A DNA stretch of 55,990 nt from positions 1 through 55,990 of the IMG/VR virus record IMGVR_UViG_3300033076_001194; one strand, 5' to 3'. Under the pieces are notes generated by a model. It saw only the letters and a list, made by a program, of their open reading frames with translations, searched no databases and had not been told where the DNA came from. The translations under genes and the position numbers were made by a program. Within the stretch, counting starts at the first letter, position 1, and each line of letters starts with the position of its first letter. Origin of the DNA: a virus (lineage: Duplodnaviria > Caudoviricetes). Positions 19,609 to 29,094 of this stretch are shown here, one piece after another.

Positions 19609-20445
19609 TTATAATTGGTTGACTAGTTCGTAATACTGTAATAAGTCGATGATTGAATCGTTAGTTACTTTCTCAGTCTTAGAAACTGGTTTGATATACT
19701 TTAATACTTCAACGAGCTTAATTTGCATTACTTTATCTGTGTTAGTTTTGATTTTCTGCTTGAGTAAATCTCTTACTTCCACAATTTTAGTATTGTAGTA
19801 TTCTTTTAATTTATCTGTATTATCAACAGAAGTAATAACTTCCCTTAGAATATCTTTCTGCTGGGTATTTAAATGATCATACTTCTCATTAAATTTTTCA
19901 AGAAGTAATCTGTAAGTTAATACTCTTAAGTCTTTACCATACCCTTTATATTCTTCAAGTAGTGTATCTGTAGGTAAAGTAACGGGTGCTTTAGTTAAGT
20001 GCTCTAGTAATGTAAACTTGTTGTTGATTACTATTTGAGGAGCTACTTTTTCTGAAGATTGATTTTCAATTAAGTTATTTAATGCTGCAAAGATTTTGTA
20101 GTTGTTTACTTTTACTTTAAAAAACTTCTCAACATTGTAATTATCCCGAATTTCTTTTACTAGGTTGTATTTTTGTTTTCTGATTTCTGATCTTTTTAAC
20201 TTTGTTGAAGTTTCAACTAAAGTATTAATTATCATCTCAGCTTTTGACTCACTAAGGTTCTTAAAAGAAGTTAGCTGCTCGTATAATTTATACTCTTTTC
20301 CTAATTCTGTATTAACAAAATACTTTTTTAAGATATTGATAGCGACAGAATTTTTACCCTCTAATGTATCAGAGGTTATCTGTCTTACCAGAAGTTCAAA
20401 AAGAAGTCCTGTGTTCTTGAATTTCGAGTGTTTGATTTGCATCAA
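19609..20445 (-). CDS. Hypothetical head-assembly protein
   Basis: 278-aa helical protein directly downstream of portal; KHSKFKNTGLLFELL N-terminus. Confidence 0.55.
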   Translation of the reverse strand: MMQIKHSKFKNTGLLFELLVRQITSDTLEGKNSVAINILKKYFVNTELGKEYKLYEQLTSFKNLSESKAEMIINTLVETSTKLKRSEIRKQKYNLVKEIRDNYNVEKFFKVKVNNYKIFAALNNLIENQSSEKVAPQIVINNKFTLLEHLTKAPVTLPTDTLLEEYKGYGKDLRVLTYRLLLEKFNEKYDHLNTQQKDILREVITSVDNTDKLKEYYNTKIVEVRDLLKQKIKTNTDKVMQIKLVEVLKYIKPVSKTEKVTNDSIIDLLQYYELVNQL

Positions 20446-20476
20446 TGTGTATTTTTTAATAAATATGTATTAATTT

Positions 20477-22366
20477 TTATTCCCTAATTTGTCTTTCATC
20501 TAATAAACTAGATGCTTTCTTTTCTGCTTCAAAAATCATCTTCTTTTTTGCTGGTATTTCTTCCAATACTCTAGTGTATTTAGAGAATTCTCTTCTAGTT
20601 GCTTCTAAAGCATAGGGTGAAGTTTTATCTCTTCCATATCCCTGCTGGTCATCAACTTTGTTAGCTTTTCTACCAAGTCTATCCTGTCCTAGAGGATCAT
20701 CTGTACCGTTAATGAATGATGCTTTTTCTTTAGGACGTCCCATTTCAGGTTCATCTTCATTGTATCCATCAGGTACGTTACCGGGTCTAGTGTAGACTCT
20801 ACCCTTACCGTAAGCTGTTGCAATGTCATGAGGAGTTCCGTAAGTCTCTCCAGATTCTAAAGGATCATTTCCTTCATTTTCAATCTGAGATAATCTGAAT
20901 TTACGTTTAGCATCTTCTCTAACTAAGTCTCTCATTTCTTCATATTCATCTTGACTTAAGTGGAAAATATTATCATAAATCCAATCAGAAGAAATCAACT
21001 GAGATTCCATCATCTGGGTGGCAAGATCCATTTTTTCTTTTAATAATGCTACTCTTTCTTGATCATAAATGATAGAAGGAGTTGTTAAAGATAATTCAAA
21101 GTTAGTTAATGCTTCATCTCTATACCCTTGAATGTATAAATGAACAAATGCAATCTTATACAGTTCAGAAACTATAATTCTTTGTATTTTTTCAATGGTT
21201 CTACCAAAGCGAATATCTTCTGCAGCTAATGTAGCCTTACCTTGTAATTTTTCATCATAACCAAGGAATGCTTTAGGTATTCTTAAGGCAGCAAATAACT
21301 TATCTCTTAAGTAATTAACGTCTGTAATACCATCATACTGTAATCCACCTAAAGTTTCAATCTTAGTTGATGTATCATTTCCTCTCATAGGGATGTAAAA
21401 ATCCTCCATAAGGTTCTGCATGTTGTATTTAAGGTTATACTCACCTGTTTGCTGGTCGATGTAAGGAGTTCTCTTCATTTTAGAGATTGCCTTCTGCATA
21501 AATCCTTCTACTTCATTTGGAGGAATACCACCAACATTCATGTAGAAAATACGCTTCTCAGGAGCTCTTACAATTCTATGAACCAACATTGCATCTTCCA
21601 TTAAGGTGTACTGCTTGAATAATTTTCTAGCAGGTTCAATGTAAGAACGACCATAAGGTAAGAAATTCACATCTGTTAAAAGGCGGAAGTGAGCTATTTC
21701 GTAGTTGTCAAAGTAAATAGATTTGGCATCGTGCTGGTTAGGAGTTTTAAAGTATCCATAAGTATCAGCGGCCAAGCCGTCTGGATCATAACGGAATCTA
21801 ACAGCAGTTGGATTTTCTGGATCATAATGTTCTTGTCTTTCTATATTAAAAGCAGCAAAAGGAATTACGTTATAAACACCAAACTTCTCTGAAGCTTCTA
21901 ATTTCAAGAAGAAGTCACCGTATTTACACATATTTCTAATCCACCAGCTTAAATTAAATTCGATGTTTAGTACATCGTAAAATAAGTTGTAGAGAATTTT
22001 TTGTACATTCTCATCATTTGATCTGATGTGAAGTACTTCTCCCATATCGTTCTTTAAGGTAGATTCTTCTGAAAGAATATCTAAGGCTGAAGCAATGATT
22101 GCATCAGTATCCATAGCATCATATTCAGAGTAAAGCTGGGTTCTTAAAGTTTGATAGTTAAAAGATGATTGATATCCGTATAATGATGTTGGAGATGTTG
22201 TGTAGATTCTATTATATCTTGCAACTAAAGAGTTATTCTCTAGCTCTCCAGACATTTGAATTTGATTTGTGTCGGCGACTTTAAGTTGATCACCCCCAAC
22301 ATTCCTTATTATTACGTCTGTTGAGAATAATCTACGTAGTCTCGAAAATACACTAGTGTCTGCCAT
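20477..22366 (-). CDS. gp20: Portal protein, T4 gp20-like
   Basis: LMEDAMLVHRIVRAPEKRIFY, EDFYIPMRG, IETLGG, LFAALRIPK, EDIRF motifs. Confidence 0.95.
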   Translation of the reverse strand: MADTSVFSRLRRLFSTDVIIRNVGGDQLKVADTNQIQMSGELENNSLVARYNRIYTTSPTSLYGYQSSFNYQTLRTQLYSEYDAMDTDAIIASALDILSEESTLKNDMGEVLHIRSNDENVQKILYNLFYDVLNIEFNLSWWIRNMCKYGDFFLKLEASEKFGVYNVIPFAAFNIERQEHYDPENPTAVRFRYDPDGLAADTYGYFKTPNQHDAKSIYFDNYEIAHFRLLTDVNFLPYGRSYIEPARKLFKQYTLMEDAMLVHRIVRAPEKRIFYMNVGGIPPNEVEGFMQKAISKMKRTPYIDQQTGEYNLKYNMQNLMEDFYIPMRGNDTSTKIETLGGLQYDGITDVNYLRDKLFAALRIPKAFLGYDEKLQGKATLAAEDIRFGRTIEKIQRIIVSELYKIAFVHLYIQGYRDEALTNFELSLTTPSIIYDQERVALLKEKMDLATQMMESQLISSDWIYDNIFHLSQDEYEEMRDLVREDAKRKFRLSQIENEGNDPLESGETYGTPHDIATAYGKGRVYTRPGNVPDGYNEDEPEMGRPKEKASFINGTDDPLGQDRLGRKANKVDDQQGYGRDKTSPYALEATRREFSKYTRVLEEIPAKKKMIFEAEKKASSLLDERQIRE

Positions 22367-22394
22367 TGCTATTAATCAATATAAGTATAAATAG

Positions 22395-23969
22395 TTAATA
22401 AATCCAGCTTATATCTTCTTTTCCTCCTTTTCCATTGTCAATCTCATAAGGATTTCTTACATTGGACGGTAGGTAGGCTGCTTGATAAGATGGTTTTGAG
22501 GTTGTAACATTGTTTAAAATATTACGAGTTAGTTCTATTCCCTGCTGTCTAAACTTTAAAGCAGTGTCTCTGATGTACATTCCTATACCAAAAGACATTA
22601 CCAAGTCATCATTATAACCGTGCTGTGCTTCTGCTCTTCCATTCTTCCAAACAAAGACTTTCATCTCTTCAATTAAACGCTTGGATTGAATGGTTACTGC
22701 TTTCTCATTAACATACTCTTGGAATTTACCTACTATAATAGGTCTGGTTCTTTGGTTTGTTGAGAAACCAGCTACAAGACTTGAGTTTGGATCGTATTGA
22801 TCAAAATAAGTTTCTGCTGTTATGTTACCGTTTCTAGGTGAATAGTAAAGGTTAGCATAGCCTCTATCAATAATAGTTTGAATTGTTGACCAACCTACAG
22901 ATGCATTCTCAACTACAAGCAAAGCATCATTATATTCACTAGCAATTCCGACAAGCAAATGTCCGAATTCCTTAGTTCCTAACTGTCCTCTATACTCTCC
23001 TACTTGAACATTGTTCTCAATATCAATAATATGGAAGGCAGAATAGTCTTTTCCATCACCTCTTGCTACGTCGGCTACTACCATATAAGATCTTGAATAG
23101 TCTGCCGGTTCCCAGATCCATAAATTCTGGTCAGCACCACGTCTTTCCATTGGTTCTTTGACGTAGGTCTGTTGATAGAACTCTAAATACTCACCGTAAA
23201 AGACTGTATCCCCTGAAGTACTGAAATCACAATCACACTCCTGTGCTGCAAGTCTTGGATCTCCAAGTAATTCATCTTGTCTTCTTCTCCAATCATCGTT
23301 TCTCTCCGGGTGAACGTACCAAGGTAGTTTAATTGGTAAGAAATCATTCTCTCCAGATTCAGCTCTTACCCAGGTTTGATGAAACCAGTTACCGGTACCG
23401 TAAGGAGTTGATAATACTATCGCTCCTCCCCCGGTTGCTAAGGTTTGCTGAGCAGATGCCCAGGTTTCTGCAATGTTATCAATGAAGGCTGCCTCGTCAA
23501 TTAACAGTAATGATACAGCTTCTGAACGTGCAGAGTCTGAATTTGATGATTTAGCTTGTATTTTAGACCCGTTTGATAGTCTTAAAGACAATTTATTATG
23601 TTCAACTGCCGGTACTGTCAACCAAGACGGTAGGTTTTCATACATAAACTGCACTTTTGATACAAGATTTCGTGCAGTTGCTTGTGTTGTTGCAAGGGTT
23701 AGTACGTTTTTATCCTTGTGAAAAAGCATCAACCACAGTGCATATCCTGCTCCTAAAGTGGAAATACCCAACTGTCTTGACTTTAAAACAATAGAATATG
23801 GGTGATCTTGAAAGTGTTTTAATACTTTTTCCTGAAAAGGATATAAGTGAAATAGGATTCTACCTCGTTGTGGATGCTGAATATAGCAGTATTTTTTCAT
23901 AAAATGTACCGGGTCAACGACACATTTAACGTACTCCTGCCTTATAATCTGTTTTAAATCTTCACTCAT
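22395..23969 (-). CDS. gp17: Terminase large subunit, T4 gp17-like
   Basis: LYPFQ, KSRQLGIST (variant Walker A), LLIDEAAF, STPYG, ADVARGDGKDYS, DDLVMS nuclease motifs. Confidence 0.96.
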   Translation of the reverse strand: MSEDLKQIIRQEYVKCVVDPVHFMKKYCYIQHPQRGRILFHLYPFQEKVLKHFQDHPYSIVLKSRQLGISTLGAGYALWLMLFHKDKNVLTLATTQATARNLVSKVQFMYENLPSWLTVPAVEHNKLSLRLSNGSKIQAKSSNSDSARSEAVSLLLIDEAAFIDNIAETWASAQQTLATGGGAIVLSTPYGTGNWFHQTWVRAESGENDFLPIKLPWYVHPERNDDWRRRQDELLGDPRLAAQECDCDFSTSGDTVFYGEYLEFYQQTYVKEPMERRGADQNLWIWEPADYSRSYMVVADVARGDGKDYSAFHIIDIENNVQVGEYRGQLGTKEFGHLLVGIASEYNDALLVVENASVGWSTIQTIIDRGYANLYYSPRNGNITAETYFDQYDPNSSLVAGFSTNQRTRPIIVGKFQEYVNEKAVTIQSKRLIEEMKVFVWKNGRAEAQHGYNDDLVMSFGIGMYIRDTALKFRQQGIELTRNILNNVTTSKPSYQAAYLPSNVRNPYEIDNGKGGKEDISWIY

Positions 23970-23975
23970 AAAGTT

Positions 23976-24551
23976 TTACTTAGTAAGCTGCCAATATACT
24001 CCTGCTTTAACTACCGGTTGGAGGTTATTATTGACTCCAAATCCTAACCTGTAAATTACTTTATTATTTCTTTCATAAAGACCATCTAAAGTTAAAGTGC
24101 TTGTTTTACCAAACCCTATAGAAGGTCCAGCAAAGAAAGCGTGTTTTCTAATTTCCTGTTTAGTTACTATAGTCTCGATAATCTTACTCCTAATAATAGC
24201 TTTAAGTTCCGTGTTAATTGAATCTAAAGGACTGTTTGAGTATATCTTAGTGTAGACGGTTACTTTAATTGAATCTGAATTAAAAGTAAAGGTGTCTGGT
24301 GTCATGTATTTCTTAATAGGTATTACTACTATATGTCCGGTAGAGTCAATAATTGTATCGTGGATATAAAACGGAACCGGTACTGGCTTAATTTTAGTTT
24401 TACCTTTGGTTCTAATAGTGTCATGTATGTAAGAAGTATCTGTTATAGTATCAGTAAACCCGGTACTAGTTTCACATTCCTTACATTTAGTAAGCCATAT
24501 TATAATTGTAAGCAGTAGTAGAATAACTACATATAAATCTCTATTTTTCAT
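23976..24551 (-). CDS. Membrane-anchored protein, possible spanin-like lysis protein
   Basis: N-terminal hydrophobic helix followed by Cys, DT-rich linker, C-terminal amphipathic beta-strands ending KAGVYWQLTK. Confidence 0.4.
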   Translation of the reverse strand: MKNRDLYVVILLLLTIIIWLTKCKECETSTGFTDTITDTSYIHDTIRTKGKTKIKPVPVPFYIHDTIIDSTGHIVVIPIKKYMTPDTFTFNSDSIKVTVYTKIYSNSPLDSINTELKAIIRSKIIETIVTKQEIRKHAFFAGPSIGFGKTSTLTLDGLYERNNKVIYRLGFGVNNNLQPVVKAGVYWQLTK

Positions 24552-24852
24552 CTAAATTTGATATCTTATGTATTTTTAAAAGCAACGTTCCTTCACCTTT
24601 AACAACTCGGTGCCAGTCGTGTCTTAATATAAATATAGATGTGTTTGGTTCTAATTCAAAAGGAAGTCCATCATCAAATTGAAAACCCCATCCTTCACCG
24701 CATTCTAATACTTCAACCATGCGGTCTTCGTTATCACGATGCCATAAAAGTTCAATCGGATCTATATTTTCGTCAAACTCACGAATAATATACTCCTCAG
24801 TAACTTCTAAGTCTTTATAAGGTTTTATTTCAAGTGACTCTCCTTGTTCCAT
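24541..24852 (-). CDS. Small cupin-fold protein
   Basis: WHRD...W-x-FQ...P...I...WHRV two-motif cupin pattern; true start may be slightly downstream. Confidence 0.6.
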   Translation of the reverse strand: MEQGESLEIKPYKDLEVTEEYIIREFDENIDPIELLWHRDNEDRMVEVLECGEGWGFQFDDGLPFELEPNTSIFILRHDWHRVVKGEGTLLLKIHKISNLDEK

Positions 24853-25469
24853 ATGATGATTTTAAATTTCTCAGGTTCTACTCCAAAGAAATTACATTTC
24901 CAATCACTCTGTTCAAAGAAAGATAAGGAATCCCATTCTGATTTCCTACTTAAAAGAGATTTAGCTGCATCATTCCAATCTGTATTTAATGCTAATATCT
25001 CAATTTTTTCTTTCATTTTTAAGACTGAATCATAGTCAAATCCATCCCATTCGTAATGAAAAACTTCAAAAACATTGCCTTCTTTATCTACATAATCAAT
25101 AGATAAATCAATTCCCCATTTTGGATTAATTTGTATAAGTTTATAGACTAGTGGATTTTTTCTAGACCAATGTTGTAATTGCCCTAAAGCAGCTCCAGTG
25201 TAACCTTTTCTTTCAAATAGTAGAGCATGGTTAATATGGGCACCTTCTGTGATTGGTTCAGAAATAAACCAGGGGTATTTTAAGGCTAGTTTATAACGGT
25301 GATTAGAAGCAGGTGTATTTACTTGTGCATACTGTTGTTCTAGGAGTGTTAAATCATACCCGTTGGTATCAAATAATTCAACCTCCTCTGCGGTAGGGGT
25401 TTCTAATCTGCCTAATGGTATTCCCCAGTAAGCATTAGCATCTAAAGTACTATTTGTTAGTTTCAACAT
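24825..25469 (-). CDS. Hypothetical protein
   Basis: 214-aa aromatic-rich globular ORF in operon order. Confidence 0.6.
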   Translation of the reverse strand: MLKLTNSTLDANAYWGIPLGRLETPTAEEVELFDTNGYDLTLLEQQYAQVNTPASNHRYKLALKYPWFISEPITEGAHINHALLFERKGYTGAALGQLQHWSRKNPLVYKLIQINPKWGIDLSIDYVDKEGNVFEVFHYEWDGFDYDSVLKMKEKIEILALNTDWNDAAKSLLSRKSEWDSLSFFEQSDWKCNFFGVEPEKFKIIIWNKESHLK

Positions 25470-25707
25470 CGGCAGGTTTAAACCAGTTTGAACACCACTT
25501 ACTTGGGTCCTTGATCTGTTTACCTTCGTCGTCTAAAAGTTCATCAGTACCTTTATAAGCCTTGTAATCCGGGTTAGAGCATTTATGTAGGTTATCTTCT
25601 TTATGGTAAAATCTACAAACATGACACCCAAAACCTACCGGTGAATACATATAAGGTACGTACTCTTCTTTTTCTGCTTCTTTTAGAAGGTCAACTAATT
25701 TTATCAT
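25450..25707 (-). CDS. Four-cysteine HiPIP-like protein with putative capsid-targeting leader
   Basis: MIKLVDLLKE leader; CHVCRFY...C...KWCSNWF (C28, C31, C43, C72). Confidence 0.5.
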   Translation of the reverse strand: MIKLVDLLKEAEKEEYVPYMYSPVGFGCHVCRFYHKEDNLHKCSNPDYKAYKGTDELLDDEGKQIKDPSKWCSNWFKPADVETNK

Positions 25708-26021
25708 TTTTTATTTCTAATTAATAATTCACCTAATACTTCCAAACGTCCAACTTCTTTCTGGAATTCAACTGGGGACATATTTAGGGAAATTTTACCT
25801 AAGGTTTGTTGAAATTCCTGCTTAGCTTTTACGGCGTCAAATTTACCTTTAGCTGCTTTATCATAATAAGGTAATTTTACCTTAAAGTGATGCCAGGTTA
25901 GCATTGCTAATCCTCCGGTAGATTCTGCACTTTCTGCAATTTTAGAAGCTCCTTTGCCTCTGGTGGCTGCAAAGTCTTGGAATGTTTCTTTAGCTTCTTT
26001 AAGTAAGTCTAATAATTTCAT
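25704..26021 (-). CDS. Putative internal head protein
   Basis: 105 aa; MKLLDLLKE leader, basic body. Confidence 0.55.
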   Translation of the reverse strand: MKLLDLLKEAKETFQDFAATRGKGASKIAESAESTGGLAMLTWHHFKVKLPYYDKAAKGKFDAVKAKQEFQQTLGKISLNMSPVEFQKEVGRLEVLGELLIRNKK

Positions 26022-26410
26022 TTTGTTTTTCCCCAGGTTTTACCTTTTCCTTTTGTTTTACATTGAGCTGGTGTTGGTCTACAGGCAGGATATTTAGAAC
26101 GTTTTTCTCCTTCTTTTCTTCCGCAGGATTTATATCCTCCGTCTCCATCAGGAGCATTGCAATCTACCCAACCTCTTTCTTTTCCTTTTGCACCTTGTCT
26201 ATTAAACCATTTATGTAAAGATTCTGCTTCTTCAAGCTCCTCTTCCTCTTTAATATCTTTCCAGATTTCGCCATTGCGGCACCTTACTACAGCACCTGAT
26301 TTGTAAGCTGAAGGTTTGTCATATTTACGGTCAGCAATTCTTAAACATCTATCACGTTTCTCTTTCTCTTCGCTGAGAATTTGTGTTAGAATGTCTATCA
26401 GCTTAGCCAT
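26018..26410 (-). CDS. Putative internal head protein, basic and Cys-rich
   Basis: MAKLIDILTQILSE leader; two basic modules (PSAYKSGAVVRCR; WVDC...CGR...KYPACRP) separated by IKEEEELEEAE. Confidence 0.55.
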   Translation of the reverse strand: MAKLIDILTQILSEEKEKRDRCLRIADRKYDKPSAYKSGAVVRCRNGEIWKDIKEEEELEEAESLHKWFNRQGAKGKERGWVDCNAPDGDGGYKSCGRKEGEKRSKYPACRPTPAQCKTKGKGKTWGKTK

Positions 26411-26412
26411 AA

Positions 26413-26958
26413 TTAAAAATAAGTTTGTTCGAAATATAAAATTTCAAAAGGATTAGAAACGTTAATCAATTGAGCAGCATTTAATAAGTCTGCATATTCA
26501 GCAACTGATTCTGTTTGTCCTACTCTTAGAGTCTGTAAGAAATCAAAAGTTGATAAGCACATAGGGAAGATTGCTTGTGAATTTGAGTTATAAGACATTA
26601 ACAATCCAAGCTCCATATCATATGCTTTATTTACAATATCAATAAGATTTAAATAATTAGGGATAGACTTAATAGGTGCAATCACCGGTAATACATTCCA
26701 ATCCACTAAATACTTCTGAAGCATTTCAGCATGTGTTAATTCATTTGCAGCCTCTTCTGCAAAAAAGGCAGCTGCTTTATTATAAGCTTTATCTTTACAC
26801 CAGTTTGAAGCATTTCTATAAAAATAATGGGCAGTATACTCATCTTTCAACCTTTCCATCAATAGCATTACTACCTGAGGTTCTAAAGTAACAGGAATTC
26901 TTACATCTGTCTGAGCTGCAGCCTGTATTTCATTTAATGATTTTAATTTTGTTTTCAT
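26413..26958 (-). CDS. ftn: Ferritin-like protein
   Basis: E-x6-Y (DEYTAHYFY), AAAFF-x5-E-x2-H (NELTHA), third-helix E (YDMEL), TFDFLQ-x5-Q: non-haem ferritin pattern. Confidence 0.85.
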   Translation of the reverse strand: MKTKLKSLNEIQAAAQTDVRIPVTLEPQVVMLLMERLKDEYTAHYFYRNASNWCKDKAYNKAAAFFAEEAANELTHAEMLQKYLVDWNVLPVIAPIKSIPNYLNLIDIVNKAYDMELGLLMSYNSNSQAIFPMCLSTFDFLQTLRVGQTESVAEYADLLNAAQLINVSNPFEILYFEQTYF

Positions 26959-26978
26959 ATAATGTTATTATAAATAGC

Positions 26979-27590
26979 TTACCAGTATCCTGAGTAAGTT
27001 CCTTTTAATCCTAGTAGCTTAGCATATCTTGGAAGACGACAAGCCCAGTACCCTGGTTTTGTTTTGTCTTTCTTCTCAGCACAGTTGTGTCTTTTTGCAA
27101 AGTTTACTCTGGCTTGTGGGTCGTTTATTTTGGCGGTTAAACCTGTTGTTCCTCCAAAAGATACTTTTATAATTTTTTTAGTTTTTGGATTCTTAACATA
27201 AACATAGAATTTTTTAGAACCACCACGCTTTGGTTTACCTAATGAAACTTCCTTACCTTGGTATTTAGCTTCATCTAGATCTTCTTCAAGCATTGGTAAA
27301 TCTAAAGGTACTAAATCACCTTCGAATAAACCATACTCTCCTAAGTTAGTCTCTAGTAAAATTTCTCTATCTTCTGGTCCAACATCGAGAATATTTCTTG
27401 AATATAAGGTTCTAGCTTCTTTCCATAAATCTAAAAAAGCAGAAGAACCATACCGGAAAGTATTCTCAGTTAATGGTTTCTTGTTTTTAATATGGTATAA
27501 AAGGTTTTCAGATAAAGGCTGTTGAAAGGTTATTCCTTCATTTAAAAGAGGAGCTTTTCCTCCGCAAGTATTACATCCACAGCTGCACAT
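26979..27590 (-). CDS. Putative internal head protein with basic C-terminal module
   Basis: 203 aa; CSCGCNTC...LLNE start, LDE then AKYQG...KVSFG...FAKRHNC...GYWACR; promoter variant TAATTATA 4 nt before ATG. Confidence 0.55.
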   Translation of the reverse strand: MCSCGCNTCGGKAPLLNEGITFQQPLSENLLYHIKNKKPLTENTFRYGSSAFLDLWKEARTLYSRNILDVGPEDREILLETNLGEYGLFEGDLVPLDLPMLEEDLDEAKYQGKEVSLGKPKRGGSKKFYVYVKNPKTKKIIKVSFGGTTGLTAKINDPQARVNFAKRHNCAEKKDKTKPGYWACRLPRYAKLLGLKGTYSGYW

Positions 27591-27599
27591 ATATTATAA

Positions 27600-28571
27600 T
27601 TATGATGAGAATAATGTATTAGTAAGTATATTTAAAGCACCTTGGTTAGTTGATACACCCTTAAGTAGTTGTTCGTCTGATAATTCGTTTATCAGATCTT
27701 CCGTTATTTGGGTGTATTTTATGTTTCCCTTCTGGTTAACATTCACTAAATAGCCACCAATCCCTGGTTTTTTGGATAATTTAGAAGTTAATAACCGCCT
27801 AAGCATTTCTGCTGTTCCGTGTTTAGGAGTTATCTCTCCTTCAATATGAAGTGCTTTTTTAACAGTATCTATATTGTTGTAAATATTTTTAATAACTGAA
27901 TATTGATCTGCTATGTTTCTTAAGTCACTTTGATCAAAATCAGACATATGTTTAAATGCCTCTAACAGTTCTGTAGTGTTGAAAGTCATTGTGCCTGCAG
28001 TTCTTTTACCTCCTTGGAAAGTACTTACTAAAGTAGATACTCCAAAGACTACTCCAAGTATGGCGATATTATCTTTATCGGACCCATAACGACCTAAAGT
28101 CATTTTGGTTGTCTCGTAAGCTTTTACTTCAAGTCCGGTAGTTCCGTCTATCAACAAATCAGGATTATCACTTCCTCTGGTATCTTCTACTGTATGTCCT
28201 TTAGATAAAAGCCAATACATGGCAATTTCACCGTTACCGGATCCCTTACTTCCTGCACTATCTATATCTTTTCCAGATTTTGGCGGGGAAATAGGGTATA
28301 ATTTTGAAAAGATTTTTTCATCTTCTCCTGATAGATTAATGTCTTTACCTATTTCATAAACTTGAGAGGGTTGTGGTACTTCTCCATTCTCGTCTCCGGT
28401 TAAAGCTTTAGCGATAACTTTATCATACACACTTGCATTTTTAGGTGCTTGTGCTGCCTGAGCTTCAAATAATTCAAATAGAAGCTTTCTATCAGCTTCA
28501 TTATTCATATCTGGATATCCTTTAGGAAATTTGTATGAAACCTGTCTTATAAATTTTTCTAAAATATCCAT
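27600..28571 (-). CDS. Putative PD-(D/E)xK (restriction endonuclease-like) protein
   Basis: GNGEIAMYWL...NPDLLIDG...LEVKAY gives E...PD...ExK order; distinct short N-terminal module ending LLFELFE. Confidence 0.5.
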   Translation of the reverse strand: MDILEKFIRQVSYKFPKGYPDMNNEADRKLLFELFEAQAAQAPKNASVYDKVIAKALTGDENGEVPQPSQVYEIGKDINLSGEDEKIFSKLYPISPPKSGKDIDSAGSKGSGNGEIAMYWLLSKGHTVEDTRGSDNPDLLIDGTTGLEVKAYETTKMTLGRYGSDKDNIAILGVVFGVSTLVSTFQGGKRTAGTMTFNTTELLEAFKHMSDFDQSDLRNIADQYSVIKNIYNNIDTVKKALHIEGEITPKHGTAEMLRRLLTSKLSKKPGIGGYLVNVNQKGNIKYTQITEDLINELSDEQLLKGVSTNQGALNILTNTLFSS

Positions 28572-29056
28572 TATGCTTCCTCCGGTGTTTCTTCTGTAGG
28601 TGTTTCTTCTCCTGCTAAAGGCTCTTCTAGAGCTGCTTCCATACTTCCACCACCTCCGGTACTTTCACCGCCAGTATCGGCTTCATTCTCAGGATTAATT
28701 GCTTTACCGTATTTGAGTAATCTAGAGATAGAATCTATTGCTTGATCTTCTTCTCCTAAATTTAATAAGTAATAACGTTTTCCTTCAACTTCAGCCATCC
28801 AGGATCTTCCTAAATCAGAGAGGTAGAAAGAAAAACCGTTTTCTAATATGATTCTAAAGGTTGGTGGCTTGGGTGCTACCCATTGTATATCCTTAACAAA
28901 TAAATTAAACTGAGGGGACATTAGATCAGTCAAAATAGAGATGAGATCAGGTACTTGGTTGAGTATCTTATACTCTTGGTATTTGTTAATACCCTCACTT
29001 TTCATCTTCTTGATGATAGTCTTTTTGATTATTGATCTTAGTTCTTGTTTATTCAT
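28571..29056 (-). CDS. Hypothetical protein
   Basis: 161 aa with acidic tail; preceded by CGTATCTTTAG host-type element. Confidence 0.6.
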   Translation of the reverse strand: MNKQELRSIIKKTIIKKMKSEGINKYQEYKILNQVPDLISILTDLMSPQFNLFVKDIQWVAPKPPTFRIILENGFSFYLSDLGRSWMAEVEGKRYYLLNLGEEDQAIDSISRLLKYGKAINPENEADTGGESTGGGGSMEAALEEPLAGEETPTEETPEEA

Positions 29057-29063
29057 CTGGTGC

Positions 29064-29094
29064 TAAAGATACGGATTATTATTTTATAAAGCCA
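29064..29094 (-). promoter_or_regulatory. Putative Bacteroidota-type promoter (degenerate -33)
   Basis: TGG-N20-TATCTTTA; shares CGTATCTTTAGC with the site at 55101-55112. Confidence 0.5.

Noticed and set aside
20477-23969. Inteins or introns in terminase or portal
   Set aside because: Lengths are ordinary, frames are continuous and no intein splice motifs were seen.
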